From Candidatus Latescibacterota bacterium (GTDB lineage: Bacteria; Latescibacterota; UBA2968; UBA8231): a stretch of 64,000 bases of DNA. The stretch is taken from positions 6,848,001 through 6,912,000 of the forward strand of contig OZ244561.1 in NCBI GenBank assembly GCA_965217585.1, in the 5' to 3' direction. The notes under the pieces are model-generated. The model made no database searches and had not been told where the DNA came from. It saw only the letters and a list, made by a program, of their open reading frames with translations. The translations under genes and the position numbers were made by a program. Positions 48,893 through 59,013 of the stretch are shown here, piece by piece (positions within the stretch are counted from its first letter, which is position 1; each line of letters starts with the position of its first letter).

Positions 48893-49459
48893 TCACCCCC
48901 ACAAAAAAAACGCGGCCAACAGCGCGATCCACACCGCTTCGAGGAAATGCCAGTACGCGGCGCAAGCCCGCACTGAGAGCAAATGCTCACTGTCGAGCCG
49001 ATTCTTGCGCGCCTTCCACGCCAGCGCCGACAACGGCACCATGCCACCCACTACGTGCAGCGCGTGGACCACGACCAGCGCGAACGCAATGCCGTAGGTA
49101 CTCGCCTCCAGCGCCCGGTGGCGGTCGAGGAGCTGCATCAGCGCCGGTACCTGCACGGCGATAAACAACGCGCTCGTCACCCAAGCCCAAGCCAACCACC
49201 GCCTCAGGAGCGGGAAGTGCCCGCGCTTGGCGTTCTGCGTCGCCTTGTACATTGCCAGCCCGGCCCCCAACAGCACCACCGTCGAAATACCCAGCACCAG
49301 CGGCAGCTCCATGCGCTCGCTCCCCTGCAGCGCCGGGCTGGTCAGCCGCAGGTAGGCAAAAGCCACGATGCTGGCCCCAAAGAGCATGCCCAGCGAGATC
49401 AAAAACAGGGTCAGGCCCAACTGGCGACGACCCCGCAGATCGGGCGAGTTCCAGTTCAT
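48893..49459 (-). CDS. Cytochrome c oxidase subunit III family protein
   Basis: Five TM segments; HALHVVGG; YWHFLEAVW. Confidence 0.85.
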   Translation of the reverse strand: MNWNSPDLRGRRQLGLTLFLISLGMLFGASIVAFAYLRLTSPALQGSERMELPLVLGISTVVLLGAGLAMYKATQNAKRGHFPLLRRWLAWAWVTSALFIAVQVPALMQLLDRHRALEASTYGIAFALVVVHALHVVGGMVPLSALAWKARKNRLDSEHLLSVRACAAYWHFLEAVWIALLAAFFLWG

Positions 49460-50241
49460 CCCCAGCGATACTCAGGCGGGTCGAAGACAAACCCGTGGAA
49501 AAAGCGCCGCTGCGCCGGCGACAGCCCCTGCAAAAAGGCTTGGTCGTAGCGCCACTGCTCGGCACAAGCCAACATCCACGGATGTTCGTACCCATAGTAC
49601 AACATCACCCGTTTGCCCCCGCGACGCGCAAAGGGTCCGGCCGTATGCCACACCGCGTTGTGGAAGAGCACCGCCGTTCCCGGGCGACCACATATTTGCA
49701 CAGCCCCGGGCATACCATCCCCTGCGCCCGGCTCTAGCAGCGCCTTGTGGCTACCGGGCACTAAAGTCAGGTTGCCTTGGTCCGGCGCGCTCATGTCGCT
49801 CAGGTAATAACCCACCTTGAACTGCAACAGCGGGATGTGCGGCTTGAGGTTGCGGAAGCCATCCTGAATCCCGTCGATGTGCCAGCCCTGCCCGTGGTAA
49901 TCGGCGGGTTCGACCTCGTAGAAGGCGTCCGTCGAGTGCAGGTGCGGCATCTCGTTAAAGAGACCGTGGACGTAGGCCATCATCGGCTCGTAGTCGAGCA
50001 TTGCCAAAAAGAGCGGATCCTCGGCCAGCAGGTGCATGACCCGCACGTTGGCCGCGTCGAGCCGGTCGGCAAAGGCCGGATCGTGCTCGCGCCTGAACTG
50101 GGAGTCGCGGCGACGCTCGATGGTGCGCTCCAGCGCCGCATAGAGCGCCCCAACCCGATCCGGTGCGAGGAAATCTTCTAGCACCAAGTAGCCGTTGTTA
50201 TCGAAGAAGAAGCGCTCGGCGTCTGTGGGATGGTCAGTCAT
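49456..50241 (-). CDS. Phytanoyl-CoA dioxygenase (PhyH) family protein
   Basis: F..NGYLV, WHID, LVPGSH, GTAVLFH..VWH. Confidence 0.9.
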   Translation of the reverse strand: MTDHPTDAERFFFDNNGYLVLEDFLAPDRVGALYAALERTIERRRDSQFRREHDPAFADRLDAANVRVMHLLAEDPLFLAMLDYEPMMAYVHGLFNEMPHLHSTDAFYEVEPADYHGQGWHIDGIQDGFRNLKPHIPLLQFKVGYYLSDMSAPDQGNLTLVPGSHKALLEPGAGDGMPGAVQICGRPGTAVLFHNAVWHTAGPFARRGGKRVMLYYGYEHPWMLACAEQWRYDQAFLQGLSPAQRRFFHGFVFDPPEYRWG

Positions 50242-50254
50242 AATCGAAGCCTTC

Positions 50255-51193
50255 CTAGGGAGTCCACCCCTCCATCATCTCGGCGTACTGGCGCGCCTGA
50301 GCGGCGATATCCACGCCGACCTCCTCAGACCACGCCGCTAGCAACCGGCGATACACCGGTCCCACTTGGCCGTCGCCCACCGCCTGAAAGTTAAAGCGCG
50401 TAATCGGCACCATGCAGATCGTGGTGCTGGTAAACCACGCCTCGTCGGCTTCGCGCACATCGTAAGGCTCGATATCGGCTTCGCACAGGGAAAGGCCGAG
50501 CTTACCGGCCAGTTCTATACACGTGCCGCGCGATACGCCGCGCAGGATATTATGCCCTTTGGGCGTTATTACCTGACCGTCGCGAACCATGAAGAAGTTG
50601 TTGCCCGTCCCCTCGGTGATAAAGCCGTGCTCGTCGGTCAGCAGCGCCTGGGCCCCAGCTTCCATCTGCGCGGCCTGTAGCTCGGCGAGCTTGTAGAAGA
50701 TGCGGCTGCGGTTTTTGGCCTTGGGGTCGATATAGCGCGAGGGCACCGACTGCTGAGGTGGGACGACAAAGTGCGCCCCCTCCTGATAGAGATGCGCCAT
50801 CCCGCCGATGTGCCGCACCAGTGGGAAGACATTGATGGTGACAATGGGGGCCGCGCCTTCCTTGACGATGGTATCGTACAGCGGCAGAGCACCGCGCGTG
50901 ACATCGTGCATGATTTGAAAGTCCAGCGCGCCGATCGCGGGCAGGTTGCGGGCAATGGTCTCGTGGGTCGCCTCCTCCATCGCGTCGATATCCAGCCCGC
51001 AGTCGATCTGCGCGTATTTGAGCGAGCCGTAGAGCCGCTCCAGGTGCTCGCGCAGCCGGAAGGGCTTTTGCCCAAAGCTCCGCGTCATCTCAAAAACCAT
51101 GTCCCCATACATCAGGGCGCAGTCAAAAATCGAGATCCGCGCCTCCGACTCGGGGACGAACTCGCCGTTGAAATACACCAATCTTTCGGCCAT
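50255..51193 (-). CDS. Class-IV aminotransferase (IlvE/D-amino acid transaminase-like)
   Basis: YFNGEF, D....YGD..FE, EH..RL, AKNRSR, ITEGTG.N, LRGVSR, ADEAWFTST. Confidence 0.9.
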   Translation of the reverse strand: MAERLVYFNGEFVPESEARISIFDCALMYGDMVFEMTRSFGQKPFRLREHLERLYGSLKYAQIDCGLDIDAMEEATHETIARNLPAIGALDFQIMHDVTRGALPLYDTIVKEGAAPIVTINVFPLVRHIGGMAHLYQEGAHFVVPPQQSVPSRYIDPKAKNRSRIFYKLAELQAAQMEAGAQALLTDEHGFITEGTGNNFFMVRDGQVITPKGHNILRGVSRGTCIELAGKLGLSLCEADIEPYDVREADEAWFTSTTICMVPITRFNFQAVGDGQVGPVYRRLLAAWSEEVGVDIAAQARQYAEMMEGWTP

Positions 51194-51228
51194 AGCTGCC
51201 TCTCTGTGATATGATCGCGACGCGATCG

Positions 51229-53163
51229 CTACCCTATGCCCAGGCGACTGCCCTGCATCCCAGTGCAATAATCGACGACCACCCAGAAGCCGGCGACGAC
51301 CGCCTTGCCCAAGATCAAGCCCAAAAATAACGGCTTCAAGCGCTCGAAAAGCCCCAAACCCCCGTATTTGAGTACTGTGCCTTTAATCACCCAAGCGACG
51401 AATACCGAAAACCACATTGAGCCGAAGACGCAACTGATCGGAAAACCCAGCGGGTGAAAAGGCCACCACACAAAGCGATATTGCAACCACATCAACGCGC
51501 CCATAATTCCCGCCCCGACCCAAGTATGCGACCACATACCTGGACTCGGCCCCTCGGGGGTCTGCACGTTCTTACTCATAAAATTGTACGGATACTGGGC
51601 GACATTATTAAAATAAAAACTCGACAGATTGATCGCCCCGTGTTTGTAGGCCAGATAGAGCGTCAGCCCGATGACCGAACTCAGCGTCAGCCCGATCACC
51701 GCCAAAACACCCCAAAACATCCGCCGCCGGCCGGCCAAGTCGATCTCGGTAAACAGCTTCAGGCCATTGGCGCAGGCCGCCATCAGCAGGATCAACTGAT
51801 CCACTCCCCAGGCATAGCTCAACGCCAGCCCCGCCGTGCCCTTGAAGCCCAATAGCGAGGCCCCGACCCCCGAGATGACGAAATCCGGGCCGTTGCTCGG
51901 CGGAAACATCGAAGCCACCCCCCCTTGGGCGACCACCCGCGTGATGGTTATAAAACCGACAAACGAGCCGACTAACAACATCACCGCCACTGGCAATGGC
52001 ATTCCCGTGCGCCAAAGCCAGACGGTCATCACCATAAAGCTAATTATCGCGCCAGCGACCGCCGCGCGATAGGACATGATCTCGTCGTCGTCGTCGACAT
52101 CCGCAGCGCCGCGTAGAGCGCGGCGCAACACCGCCCGCAAATGCTCCCGCCCCACCCATAACGTCCCCAGCACCAGCACGATCATACCCCCCATTGCCTG
52201 GTAGATAATAACCGAATCTGTATACTGGCTGTAGGGGCCCATGCTGTCGTCCCTGCCGCCCCAGGCAAACTGCGTCAGCAACCCGCTCTGCAAGCGATTA
52301 AACAAAAAGAAGACCACCAAACCCGAGGCGACGTTCTGCGGCACGAAATACGAGAAACCGACCATCGAGGGGTTGAGCCCCAACCCGAGCGTGGGCATGC
52401 CGCGCACGATCTCCACCGAGCCCAGCGACAAGCTCACCTGGGGAAAGACCCCATAATAGTTGTGCAGGGCGTTGATTGAGCCGAGCAGAAAGGGCATGGC
52501 AAAACCAATCCACACCAGTCCCCGCCGCAACAGAGGCTTCTGCTTCTCGCCGCCCAAGAGCGCCAGCGGCAACTGCACCATCGGATAACTCAGCCGCTCG
52601 TGCTCGACCCACTGACGCCTGACGATGACCATCAGGCAGATCATCGCCCAAAAGAGCGCCAACCCGAAAATGGCCCACCAGCATAATGGCGCCACCCATA
52701 CCTCCCAGGGGATCGCCCCGTCGGGTGCGCCCTCGTAAAACCGGCGAACAGCCTCATCCCCCTGCGGCAGCGGCCAATCCGGCAGAAAGGGCTGGACCAG
52801 CTCTCGCCAATTATTTTCGGGGGTCGCGTAATAAGAGGCTCCGGTCATCACCGGCAGCAGTTGCACCGGCAAACCGCGCCCGGCAAGCGTATTGGCCAAC
52901 AGCAACAGGAAAAACACCACCGCCAACTCTCCCCGCACCAGCGCCAGACGGGGATAGACCCAACGCACCAGCCCATTGCCGACAACGACTAAGAAAAATA
53001 AAAAGACCGCCCCCGGCGTCAGGTTCCAAACCGCCAAGCCGGAGCCTTTGATGATCATATCGTTGTAGGTCGATCCCAAACCCAGGCAGACTGCCCCGAC
53101 CAGCCCGACGAAAAGCGCCTTGGCCGTACAGCCCTTTGCCGAGTCCACAGCGACCGCACCCAT
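51229..53163 (-). CDS. Polytopic membrane protein, DUF6785/DUF6784-like (putative transporter)
   Basis: Many TM helices; W..PL..W, RRQW.EHERL.YP, WWPFHPLG, LKYGG and LFLGLILG motifs; start uncertain. Confidence 0.75.
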   Translation of the reverse strand: MGAVAVDSAKGCTAKALFVGLVGAVCLGLGSTYNDMIIKGSGLAVWNLTPGAVFLFFLVVVGNGLVRWVYPRLALVRGELAVVFFLLLLANTLAGRGLPVQLLPVMTGASYYATPENNWRELVQPFLPDWPLPQGDEAVRRFYEGAPDGAIPWEVWVAPLCWWAIFGLALFWAMICLMVIVRRQWVEHERLSYPMVQLPLALLGGEKQKPLLRRGLVWIGFAMPFLLGSINALHNYYGVFPQVSLSLGSVEIVRGMPTLGLGLNPSMVGFSYFVPQNVASGLVVFFLFNRLQSGLLTQFAWGGRDDSMGPYSQYTDSVIIYQAMGGMIVLVLGTLWVGREHLRAVLRRALRGAADVDDDDEIMSYRAAVAGAIISFMVMTVWLWRTGMPLPVAVMLLVGSFVGFITITRVVAQGGVASMFPPSNGPDFVISGVGASLLGFKGTAGLALSYAWGVDQLILLMAACANGLKLFTEIDLAGRRRMFWGVLAVIGLTLSSVIGLTLYLAYKHGAINLSSFYFNNVAQYPYNFMSKNVQTPEGPSPGMWSHTWVGAGIMGALMWLQYRFVWWPFHPLGFPISCVFGSMWFSVFVAWVIKGTVLKYGGLGLFERLKPLFLGLILGKAVVAGFWVVVDYCTGMQGSRLGIG

Positions 53164-53311
53164 AGCCGTAAAGAAAGACCAGACAGCCCTTGCCCGAAAG
53201 GTCAAAGGCCATCTGGCCTAGAGCGACCTGATATAATTTGAAATTCGAATATTAAATAGCCGCGCCGAAGACAATCGCGCACTTTTCGCTGGAGCCGACC
53301 CCAATACCCCG

Positions 53312-55048
53312 TTACCGCCCCTTGCTCCACGATCGCATGATCCGCGGTGCCCCGTACCACGCATGGCAGCCGAAACCCTTGGGCGGATCGACCGGATCGG
53401 GTATCAGCCTTTCTTCGCGGCAGGCGACGATCAGTTGCCTACACGCCGTAACGAAGCCCAAAAAGCCCAGATAGTGAGGCTGTCCCAGCAAGTGTGAAAA
53501 CTCCAACTCATCTACCTTCTCGGCAAAAGCCGTTATCGCACCGTCGAGCGCGTTGCAGGCGAGTTCGGCGCAGATCGCATCGACCGTTCCGATCAACCGC
53601 TCCTCGTCTGCTCCAGTCACAACCGGCATGCCCAACCGCCAGCGCCCGTCTTCTAACTGAACTAAATAGCCCTCCTCGCTGTATTCCGCCAGTCTCGATC
53701 TCGCCCCCTCGTCCGCGTCGTCAAGCAAATCCTCCTCGCTTATAGGTCCCTCGCACAAGCGGCCGACAAATCGATCTAGATCTTCGAAGCGCAGAATCTT
53801 CCTATAATCGCCTCCGACCATAAGGCGAGGTTCCGCTACATTACCCATGCCCATATCGTCCCCTTCCGTCATCATCCCGGCAAACCAGAGAGAAGGCTCC
53901 TTTTCGGCACCGCAATTGCCTAGCAGATACCAAAAGTCCACCGGCCTGAGTGGATAGGTCAGAATGCGATGTTTACCCCAATTGGGCAGCGATGGCACTT
54001 GCCGCCCCAGACCACGCATGACAAGCCACTGCGGCAACGCGATCCAGGCCAGTTCCTCCCAAGTAAATCCCTGCCAGCCGCACAACGAAGTATGGCCTAG
54101 GGCCTCTCTTAGCTGCGGCAGGCGGCGCTTGAGAATGGCTATGCCCTCCCGCACCGAATGCACGCTCTCTTCCAGCGGCAAGGACTCTTGGCGCGCCATA
54201 AAAAGAAAGGCCGTCTGATAACGACCCGGAAAGGGCTCCTCCAGCATTTCTCCTTCCACTAAGCTCGGCACGATGTCCTGCACATAGGCCCTGTCGGCGT
54301 GCAACAGACGGGCTAGTTCCCCAACGCTTTTTGCACTCTTGCGGCAGAAGTAGAGCAAGCGCCTAGCCAGCAAGCTGTTCGTCTGCCGCAGCGGATGCAG
54401 CGGGTCATGCTGGTTTTCGCACGAGCCTAGGACCTCGATGTTAAGCGTCTCAGGTGTTTCCATTGGCATCGTCGTCTCGGGTGCCATGTTCTCCAACTCC
54501 TTTCTCAATCTTTTGCGCCCATAGAAGAGTCGGGCCTTCACCGCCCCCACCGAAAGTCCCATCTCCTCGGAGATCTCCATAATGGATTTGTCCTCTATAT
54601 GAAAGGCGGTGAAAATGCGGCGCGAAGAGTCCGACAGACTCTGCGTCGCTTCTGCGATGGCTGCCCCTATTTCACGCGATAGCAGCCGTTGCTCCGGCGT
54701 GCGTTCCCCCTCCACGACCATCGCGTACCGGGCGAGCAACTGATCCCGGCACTGCTGCTTATCGCACCGATCGAGCGCCAAGCGATACACCAGCGTGCGC
54801 AGCCAGGCGTGAAAAGCGGCCCCCGTCTGCAACTCGCCAAGCCGACTCCAAGCGCGGACAAAGGTCTCCTGCAACAGATCCTGCGCCTCATCGATCTCGC
54901 CGCCGCTCAAGGTGCAGACATAGGGCCACAGCTGTGCCGAATGCCGCTCGAAGAGCCGCGCAAAGGCCCATTCGTGGCCTTCCTGTGCGGCGGCCACCAA
55001 ATGGGCGTCATGTACCGTCTGGCCATGGATTAGCTGATATTCTCGCAT
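53312..55048 (-). CDS. ECF sigma-70 factor with long C-terminal extension
   Basis: AF..LF.RH, AQDLLQETFVRAW, F.AWL, and region-4 EISEEMGLSVGAVKARL; ~390 extra aa. Confidence 0.88.
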   Translation of the reverse strand: MREYQLIHGQTVHDAHLVAAAQEGHEWAFARLFERHSAQLWPYVCTLSGGEIDEAQDLLQETFVRAWSRLGELQTGAAFHAWLRTLVYRLALDRCDKQQCRDQLLARYAMVVEGERTPEQRLLSREIGAAIAEATQSLSDSSRRIFTAFHIEDKSIMEISEEMGLSVGAVKARLFYGRKRLRKELENMAPETTMPMETPETLNIEVLGSCENQHDPLHPLRQTNSLLARRLLYFCRKSAKSVGELARLLHADRAYVQDIVPSLVEGEMLEEPFPGRYQTAFLFMARQESLPLEESVHSVREGIAILKRRLPQLREALGHTSLCGWQGFTWEELAWIALPQWLVMRGLGRQVPSLPNWGKHRILTYPLRPVDFWYLLGNCGAEKEPSLWFAGMMTEGDDMGMGNVAEPRLMVGGDYRKILRFEDLDRFVGRLCEGPISEEDLLDDADEGARSRLAEYSEEGYLVQLEDGRWRLGMPVVTGADEERLIGTVDAICAELACNALDGAITAFAEKVDELEFSHLLGQPHYLGFLGFVTACRQLIVACREERLIPDPVDPPKGFGCHAWYGAPRIMRSWSKGR

Positions 55049-55361
55049 CGCACTTTACGCCTTTCTATCTCCTAAGACGGGGCGAAGGCGTTAGAGGTTA
55101 TATTGGGCGAGAAAATAATGGCAACAACGGGGGGTTCACCTTGCGGTGATGGGAGATTGATCTAACTGCAAGAAATTTTGACTACAATTTTAACAGACAC
55201 TTAAAAGCCGACAATTCCAGCGTCGGCACCTGTTCGATATGGCACGCGAAGCGCTCGTAAAATTGGGGCAGTTGTTGCAGTTGTCTTTCCAGAGCGGCTT
55301 ATCCGTTTATAGCCCCGCCACCGACCGGAGCCATTTCGCCGCAGTAGGGCAGCTAATTTTC

Positions 55362-56381
55362 TTACGGCGTCGGTGCAGCCTCTGGCAGCAGCCCTTCGGC
55401 CTTTAGCTCCGCCCACAGGGCCGACGGAATCTCCGCCTGCATCACGCGCGCGTTGTCCTCCAGCTCGGCCACCGACGCCGCGCCGGGCACCGCCGAAATC
55501 ACCGCCTCGTGCCCAAAGAGGAATTGCAATGCCGCCGCCCGCAGCTCAACGCCGTGCCGGTCGCAGACTGCCTTGAGCGCCTGGGCCTGTTGCACCAGAT
55601 GCGCAGGCGCGGGCTGGTAATCAAAAGAGACCGGCTGGCTCAAATCGCGGGCGAGGATACCGCTGTTGTACGGCCCGCCCATGGTCAGATTCACTCCGCG
55701 CTCTACGCACAGCGGCAAAAACTCGGGCAGCGCCGACTGGTCCAGCAGCGTGTAGCGCCCGGCCAGCAGGATATAGTCCAGATCAAAGCGCTCGACCATC
55801 CGCCCGGTGCGTTCCCACTCGTTCATGCCCATGCCGATGGCCTTGACCGTACCGGTCGCCCGCAATTCGACTGCGGCCTCTAGCGCTTCGATAAATTCCT
55901 CGTCCGTGTGCTGCCCTTTGAAGTCGCTGTCGTGGACGAAGAAAATGTCCACCGCCGCCAATCCCAGCCGTTCCAAGCTCGAATCGAGTGAGGCCCGCAA
56001 GCCCTCGGCGCTGAAATCGAAATCGTAGGTATAGTGCGGGATCCCGTCCTCGCTGTAGGGTGCCAAGTCGTCCGAGTTTTCAGGCCGCAACACCCGCGAT
56101 CCCTTGGTCGAGATGGCAAACGACGCACGCGGGAACTCGCCCAGCACCCGCCCGTAGCGCACCTCGCTGCGCCCGTCGCCGTACATCGGCGCGGTATCGA
56201 AATAGCGCACGCCCATTTCATAGGCCCGGCGGATGATGGCCAATGCCTCGTCGTAGCCGCTGCCCTCAAAAATCCCGTCGGCCAGAATCATCCCGCCCAA
56301 CGGCGCGCCGCCCAACCCCAGCCGCGTCACCTCCACGCCTGTATCCCCAATCGCTACTTTTTCAAAAGGGTCCATACTCAC
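55362..56381 (-). CDS. Aldo/keto reductase (L-fucose / D-threo-aldose dehydrogenase-like)
   Basis: LGLGGAPLG, YFDTAPMYG, STK, FDFS, LAGRYTLLDQ, GGPYNSGIL. Confidence 0.88.
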   Translation of the reverse strand: MSMDPFEKVAIGDTGVEVTRLGLGGAPLGGMILADGIFEGSGYDEALAIIRRAYEMGVRYFDTAPMYGDGRSEVRYGRVLGEFPRASFAISTKGSRVLRPENSDDLAPYSEDGIPHYTYDFDFSAEGLRASLDSSLERLGLAAVDIFFVHDSDFKGQHTDEEFIEALEAAVELRATGTVKAIGMGMNEWERTGRMVERFDLDYILLAGRYTLLDQSALPEFLPLCVERGVNLTMGGPYNSGILARDLSQPVSFDYQPAPAHLVQQAQALKAVCDRHGVELRAAALQFLFGHEAVISAVPGAASVAELEDNARVMQAEIPSALWAELKAEGLLPEAAPTP

Positions 56382-57274
56382 TCCAGTCCGTAGAGCCGCT
56401 CGGCATTGCCGGCGAGCAATTTAGCCTGCTCTTCCTCCGGCCGCCCGGAGACGGTCTCCCGCAGTGCGGCCACCCACGCGCCCAAACTCGCCCCGAAGTT
56501 GCACACCGGCCAATCGCCGCCGAACACCACCCGGTCCGGCCCAAAGCTGTCCAAGCAGTGATTGACCGTCGGCACCAGCGTGTCGGCGCTCCACCCTGCG
56601 GGTGCCCGGGCGATGATCCCGGATACTTTGCAGACTACGTGCTCCCGCTCGGCCAAAGCCGCCATGTCGCGCTGCCATTGCTCTTTGGTATGGCTAAACG
56701 GGTTGGCCGGATCGTGCTCAGCCGCGCCGTTGACGATCTGCGGGTCGGCGTTGCCGCAGTGATCGACGATAAAGAGCGTGTCCGGACACTGATCCACCAA
56801 GCCGACTGCGTCTCCCAGCTCGCTCGGCCGCAGGCACAGATCGAAGCTCATGCCGATCTCGCCTAGGTACTGCACGTCGCGGACGAAACGCTCTTGCAGA
56901 CAACGGCCCGGCTCGGCGTCGGGCACGTGCAACACCAGCCGCACGCCCTTAATGAAATCATTGCCCTTAAAGCGATCGATATAGGCGCGGAAACCCTCCT
57001 CCCCCGGACTGCCTCCGATCACCGCCCCGGCCATTGGATTGTCGTCGGCCCTACACAGGCCGGCCACAAACTCCGCTTCCGCAATGTGCTGCTCAGCGGC
57101 GACATCGACTTCCATATAGACGGTGCGGGCAATGTCGGCTCCTGCGGCCGCCGCCAAGTAATCGCTCATCAAGTAATTTTTCCGCAGCGGCTCCATTCCC
57201 TCGCCCTCCAACCACGGCAGCGCAAACTGCGCCAAATCCCACATGTGTTGATGCGTATCGATGATGGGTAGCAT
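56378..57274 (-). CDS. Amidohydrolase_2 family (L-fuconolactonase-like)
   Basis: IDTHQHMWD, SFDLC, VDHCG, KVSG, FGGDWPV; 4-bp overlap with the AKR gene. Confidence 0.88.
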   Translation of the reverse strand: MLPIIDTHQHMWDLAQFALPWLEGEGMEPLRKNYLMSDYLAAAAGADIARTVYMEVDVAAEQHIAEAEFVAGLCRADDNPMAGAVIGGSPGEEGFRAYIDRFKGNDFIKGVRLVLHVPDAEPGRCLQERFVRDVQYLGEIGMSFDLCLRPSELGDAVGLVDQCPDTLFIVDHCGNADPQIVNGAAEHDPANPFSHTKEQWQRDMAALAEREHVVCKVSGIIARAPAGWSADTLVPTVNHCLDSFGPDRVVFGGDWPVCNFGASLGAWVAALRETVSGRPEEEQAKLLAGNAERLYGLE

Positions 57275-57331
57275 AGGCTATCCTTTTCTTGAATTGATTG
57301 TTTCCCGTTGCCGATAATCTAGTCTCAGCCG

Positions 57332-58084
57332 CTAGCTACGTAGGCCTAGCTTACCCCTTGCCACCCTCCGATTGTCGTAGGCAGCGGCATTGTCTGGCTT
57401 TAGACGAATCGCTGCCTCAAAGTCGGCAAGGGCGGCTTCATGCAAGCCTAACCTGCCTTTGGTCACCCCCCGGTTGTTGTACGCTACGGCATTGTCTGGC
57501 TTTAGACGGATCGCTTGGTCGCAGTCGGCAAGGGCGGCTTCATGCAAGCCCAAACTGTCCTTGATCACCCCCCGGTTGTTGTACGCGGCGGCATAGTCTG
57601 GCTCTAGACGGATCGCTTGGTCGTAGTCAGCAATCGCAGCTTCACGCAAGCCCAGTATGCCCTTGGCCACCCCTCGATTGTAGTACGCAGCAGCATTGTC
57701 TGGCTTTAGACGGATCGCTTGGTCGTAGTCAGCAATCGCAGCTTCATGCAAGCCTAGATCGGCCTTGGCTACCCCCCGGTTGTAGTACGCAGCGACATTG
57801 TCTGGCTCTAGACGGATCGCTTGGTCGTAGTCAGCAATCGCAGCTTCACGCAAGCCCAGTATGCCCTTGGCCACCCCTCGATTGTAGTACGCAGCAGCAT
57901 TGTCTGGCTTTAGACGGATCGCTTGGTCGTAGTCAGCAATCGCAGCTTCATGCAAGCCCAGTATGCCCCTTGCCGTCCCCCGATTGTAGTACGCAGCAGC
58001 ATTGTCTGGCTCTAGACGAATTGCCTCGTTATATGCGGAAATTGCTTCTCGGGTGTTCGATGCTTCCACTTCAGATAAGGTCAT
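57332..58084 (-). CDS. TPR-repeat protein (possibly the C-terminal part of a split gene)
   Basis: About seven 34-aa AAIADYDQAIRLKPDNAAAYYNRG repeats. Confidence 0.88.
   Translation of the reverse strand: MTLSEVEASNTREAISAYNEAIRLEPDNAAAYYNRGTARGILGLHEAAIADYDQAIRLKPDNAAAYYNRGVAKGILGLREAAIADYDQAIRLEPDNVAAYYNRGVAKADLGLHEAAIADYDQAIRLKPDNAAAYYNRGVAKGILGLREAAIADYDQAIRLEPDYAAAYNNRGVIKDSLGLHEAALADCDQAIRLKPDNAVAYNNRGVTKGRLGLHEAALADFEAAIRLKPDNAAAYDNRRVARGKLGLRS
57350..58030 (-). repeat. Intragenic 102-bp near-identical tandem repeats (TPR)
   Basis: gacggatcgcttggtcgtagtcagcaatcgcagcttca recurs at 102-bp spacing. Confidence 0.9.
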
Positions 58085-58881
58085 TTTGTTCCCCCTTCTT
58101 CAGTCTCTTGCTCACCTTTCTCCCGAAAGAGATATCCAACGGAAATCCAAGCATGAGCAGCAAGTTCGCTGTCGGTCTCTTCCGCAGTGTTGGCGATGGA
58201 ACGCCACTTCTCAATAGCTGCCTCAATGTTTCCTGCCCTCTGTAGCGAGTAAGCCTCGGCGATATCCTCGTCCAATGGGGACGCTTCGGGACTCTCTCCG
58301 ACTTCTACTACTACTTCTTCAGTTTCTCTAGTTCCTTCGAGCCTGTCCCCTCCTTGGGTAGCTTGCGCTTGCTCCTCAACTGCTTTGGCATTCTCCATCG
58401 TCTCATTAAGGTATTTCTCCGACTGCTCAGCAAGCCCGCTAACTCGCCCGTGCTCCTTCTCAATCGCCTTAACACTCTTCCGCGCATCGTCTCTAAGCGT
58501 ACGAAACTCTTTGTACCCTATGAAACCACCAATTGCGATTACAAGTCCCCATAATGTGAAGAGTACGGCCATAGTAGCCAGCCACCAGGTGATGGACTCC
58601 GCCCGGGCGTCGAGAAGTTCACTCCTGAGATCGTTGAACCGACTTTGGATTTCGATCTCAGTGACCGCGTCGATCTTGGTGGTGCTGTCCGCTGGGGCCT
58701 CGACGCGGCGTTGGATTTCCGGCGCATTATCCAACGTGTCCGTTTGCGCTATGGCAGGCGGTTCCGGCGTCTGCGCGGCAAGGGGGTCAACCGCCGCCAA
58801 CGATATAGCGGCCATGAGCACACACCATGTAGTAGAGCGCACCGTGGGTCTTTTTCTTGTCATATTGGTCTCTTGATGCAC
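58081..58881 (-). CDS. Membrane-anchored coiled-coil protein ending in a TPR-like helix pair
   Basis: Signal peptide, one TM (WWLATMAVLFTLWGLVIAIGG), coiled coil, then AIEKWRSIA...AWISVGYL. Confidence 0.75.
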   Translation of the reverse strand: MHQETNMTRKRPTVRSTTWCVLMAAISLAAVDPLAAQTPEPPAIAQTDTLDNAPEIQRRVEAPADSTTKIDAVTEIEIQSRFNDLRSELLDARAESITWWLATMAVLFTLWGLVIAIGGFIGYKEFRTLRDDARKSVKAIEKEHGRVSGLAEQSEKYLNETMENAKAVEEQAQATQGGDRLEGTRETEEVVVEVGESPEASPLDEDIAEAYSLQRAGNIEAAIEKWRSIANTAEETDSELAAHAWISVGYLFREKGEQETEEGGTK

Positions 58882-59013
58882 GACGCCAGATTTAGTTCTG
58901 CATCGCCCGGCTTAACTGACCTGACTATACCGAGGTATTTAAACCCTCACAACAGGGATTTGGGGATCGTGATATAGAGCCTCATTCGTCTTTCGACGCC
59001 CTCATCTTCTATA

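Noticed and set aside
55240-55255. Second sigma-54-like motif TGGCACGCGAAGCGCT (plus strand)
   Set aside because: Weak -12 element, and it points into the 3' end of an opposite-strand gene with no plus-strand gene downstream.
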